Both the position numbers and the translations under genes were made by a program. The notes under the pieces were generated by a model, which ran no database searches, was not told where the DNA came from, and was given only the letters and a program-made list of their open reading frames with translations. A DNA stretch of 64,000 nt from Malacoraja senta (taxonomy: Eukaryota), in contig CM075984.1 of NCBI GenBank assembly GCA_038087875.1, forward strand, positions 8,866,001-8,930,000. Reading direction: 5' to 3'. Below are positions 60,700 to 64,000 of the stretch, one piece after another. The number at the start of each line of letters is the position of its first letter. Position 1 is the stretch's first letter.

Positions 60700-62438
60700 A
60701 TCCATCGCACTTATTTTAATGTATTTTACCACAAATTTTATACCTATTTCAATCGATTCCTATATACCTACCAAAGAAGTTTAAAAAAAAACTGGATTCA
60801 GACATTACAAATTTTATATGGGACTATAAATCCCATAGAATACAAAGAACACACTTGAACAAAGCTAAAGTATTAGGGGGCTTAGCACTCCCTAACTTCA
60901 TGTATTATTATTGGTCAGTAAATATTAAAAATATGATTCAACTGATGGACAACTCTGCCCAGCAAGTGGACTGGAATGTAATGGAGAGAGAGGACTGCTC
61001 CTCTGGAAACATTGGAGCGATCCTTCTCTCACCATTGAAACTGAATAACATAAATTATAACAAAAACCCAATTATACATAGTACAATCAGAACTTAGAAA
61101 CAAATAAAACAAAATTTAAAATTAAGAAATTTATCGCTTTTATCTCCCATAATTAATAACCCTTCATTTAATCCCTCTATCATACAATGGGATAGACTAG
61201 GAATTAAAACGTTCGGTGAATTGTACAAAACTGGAAAATTACTATCATTCCAACAATTACAAATAAAATATAAACTCGGAAATAATCAATATTTTAAATA
61301 TTTTCAAATATGTGACTATTTGAAAAAATATACAAAAGATCATCATAATACCTCAACAGATGTATTGGATGAAGCAATGCAGATAAAAGCTGAATCAGCA
61401 AACTTAATATCATATTTGTATAATATTATTTTAAATGTAGAAATACCATCTACGGAAGGTATTAGAAGAGACTGGGAACAAGAATTAGCTATTAAAATTT
61501 CAAAGGAAAGGTGGAATGAATATTTATTAAACGTGCATAAATGTTCGATTAATGTAAGACACACTTTAATACAATTTAAAATTTTACATAGATTATATTA
61601 TTCTAAAACTAAAATCAATAAAATTTTCCCAAATGTATCATCAATTTGTGATAAATGTCAATCTCAAGAAGCTACTATAGCGCACTCATTTGTTTTCTGT
61701 ACAAAAATTCAAAAATTTTGGATTGAAATTTTTGAAATCTTTACAAAATTATTTAAAATTAAACTGTTACCCAAAGCAGAATGGATTATCTTCAGAACAA
61801 CGGAAGATAGTCCAGAACTAAATGTGTTCCAAAAGAAATTAATAGACTATGGGTTAATAACTGGAAAAAAGTTAATCCTAAAATTCTGGAAAAACGCTCC
61901 AATACCAACTATAAACATGTGGATTTCAAATGTGTTCGAAACATTACACCTAGAAGAGATAAGACTCCTCCTGGCAGGTAAACCAGATCACTTCCACCTG
62001 ACATGGTCTGCATTTATAGAATTATTACAAGTATAGGGTGCAAAAGTACTAAAAAAAAACTGAGGTCAGGTAATGGGGGATGAAAGCTGGAGAGTTGGTA
62101 TGTCCCATTTGCGTGATGCTTACAACAAAGTATTTGTTTTTCTCTTTTCCCTCTTTCTCTTTTTTCTTCTTTTTTAGGGTCCATTTCTTAACTCTTTCCT
62201 TTTGTGTTTAATTTCTTTCTTATAGGGTCTTTGTCTTTTGTTTTTGTTGTTGTTGTTGTCACGTTTTTTACACCTTCACTTTTTTCCTTCACTTTCTTCT
62301 TTCTCTCAATCTTATCCTTTCCCTTTATTAGTGTAGAAAATAAACGGAGTACATTAATTGTAATAAAATATATGTGATGAGTACTAGTGTAATTGGTTGT
62401 AATGTAATATACTTCTAATAAATAAAATAAAAATAAAA
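60700..62438 (+). mobile_element. 5'-truncated L1-clade LINE (ORF2 C-terminus with CCHC zinc knuckle, 3' UTR, A-rich tail)
   Basis: FQSIPIYLPK...NFIW...GGLALPNFMYYYW; QFKILHRLY; CDKC-x8-H-x4-C (CDKCQSQEATIAHSFVFC); AATAAA/A-rich end at ~62417-62438. Confidence 0.9.
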
Positions 62439-62560
62439 CATATTTTAATTTTTTTTTTTTTTTTAAATTTATTGAATTTATAAACAAACTTTAGAATGTG
62501 TTGTGAATTTCTTGGAATTCTATTATCCCGAGAAATTAAGCAGAGATCATGAGATGCATG

Positions 62561-62660
62561 CTCAGTCTGAAGAAGGGTCTCGACCCGAAACGTCACCCAT
62601 CCCTTCTCTCCAGCGATGCTGCCTGCCCCGCTGAGTTACTCCAGCTTTTTGTGTCTCCCT
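62561..62660 (+). mobile_element. 100-bp hammerhead-only Penelope mini-element with 14-bp TSD
   Basis: TSD TCATGAGATGCATG at 62547-62560 / 62661-62674. Confidence 0.92.
62567..62594 (+). ncRNA. Minimal hammerhead ribozyme motif (intact core, GUC site)
   Basis: CUGAAGA-A-GGGU(CUCG)ACCC-GAAA-CGUC; predicted cut after 62594. The palindromic ACGU replaces a looped stem III. Confidence 0.75.
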
Positions 62661-63074
62661 TCATGAGATGCATGTGCTATATTTATTGTGAAGGTGCATA
62701 GGTTAAATTTGAAGAAGAATCCAATCTGAGATGTATGCAAACAACAAAGCTGGGATTTGATCTGGCTTCCCCAACCTGTCGTAAAAGGGTCATAACTAGC
62801 ATATGTCATACCTTGTAGGGTATGGTTCTATTTTTACATTATGTGGTAATGATGGAGTTAATGTAAGAGTGCAGCAGAGCAGCTTTCAAATTCCAGGCAG
62901 CTCAGAGACCAAGGCAATTATTAATGAATCCCGAGGGGCAACACATAAAGCATTTAACAAGGTCACCTTTGTTGTTCCTGCACTATGAATAGAGACATTA
63001 TTTTTCAGCATTGTAATATTGGTCTATTTATTGGACATTCTCATTTTGTGACATGCCTTTGACCTTTTTGAAAA

Positions 63075-63445
63075 AAGATTGAACTTGCATTTGTATAGAA
63101 CCTTCTGACCTTCAAGTTGTTCGAATACTTAATATTTTTTGAAATAGTCTTTTGTTGTTAAGTGGAGGAACGTTACAAATAACATGGGCAGATTAAGGTC
63201 ACACAGATGCCACTGATACAGAAAAATACTTAATCTGCTGTTAATTTGTAATGTTTTGGACCAGTGAACTAGGAGAACTATTCGACCTCAAATAGTACCT
63301 CACCTGAAAAGTCAGATGGGGTCTTAGTTTACAATCTCATCTAAGATACAGAACCATAAAGAATATGGATCTCCTTAAGTATGTAAGTTCTGTAATGAAT
63401 TTCACTGCACAGAAATGAGAATATAATGACCAGTACTGAGCTGTT
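63075..63445 (-). mobile_element. Ancient DeuSINE (SacSINE1/AmnSINE1-like) remnant
   Basis: Degenerate Deu-domain text ggagaact...aaatagt...cacctgaaaagtcagatggggtcttagtttacaatctcatc. Confidence 0.5.
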
Positions 63446-64000
63446 TTGGAAATTAATTTCTGCAACAGATCTCTCAAACAACATTAAGAGGAGCTTAACT
63501 TTAATTTAACCAGCTTTTCTAGGGCTGCTGCCAGTCACTTAAAGTTAAAGTGACCGAGCGAGAAAACATCTGTGGAAATTCACTTTTCGTATCTCCCTGA
63601 TAGATTGGATCACTGTCCATATGTGTATTGGCTTTCTTTTTGGCTGCATTGTGAATTAGAAGTCAGCATGCAATCAGAATAGCTCAAAATGGAAGGTGGA
63701 ATTGTTATTCCACTAAACTCTTTTAAGTTGCAACGTGATTTAATACTCACTATCCAATCAGCATTGATGAAATTAGGGGGTGGAACACTAATTGTCCTTT
63801 AAACTGTTCGCCAAGTTCATGCTTCTTTTGTGTGATTAGATTGGTTATAGTATTCTGGCATTCTAATTATTTGCAATTGCCTGAATGAACAGCTGAGTAT
63901 GCGGAGAGCAATGTGATGATCTTTCTGCACCAAGACAGCAATACTTTGCCATAAATCACACATTACCTCTACGTGTGAATCTCCTGTCTGCATTAGCCGT

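Overview
Repeat-dense vertebrate genomic DNA with assembly gaps (7542-7741 and parts of 42457-44545). It is most likely from a cartilaginous fish (skate/ray), inferred from HE1-type V-SINEs, the CR1 and Penelope content and the divergence of the one host gene. That gene is the 5' end of transferrin receptor 1 (TFRC) on the minus strand: three coding exons at 5262-5321, 4241-4457 and 1-58 (partial) give MESIRASISNF-FGGELRSYTRF...FFLTIG-FLVGYLAFRG. Most of the remainder is transposon debris: Neptune-type Penelope-like elements (RT + GIY-YIG), CR1, L1 and Rex1/Babar LINEs, a Gypsy pol remnant, a DIRS element, a non-autonomous Helitron, hAT MITEs and tRNA-derived SINEs. Two ribozyme-based retroposon systems stand out. 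(1) A ~140-bp TSD-flanked retroposon (copies at 15958-16098 and 23963-24102) whose first 54 nt fold into a minimal, P4-less HDV-like ribozyme with a CPEB3-type core, starting exactly at the predicted cleavage site. (2) About 20 Penelope termini carrying minimal hammerhead motifs. Many are free-standing 95-220 bp TSD-flanked inserts, and several are fold-back insertions with two stereotyped 3' end-points. All folds and family assignments were made by eye; no searches were run.
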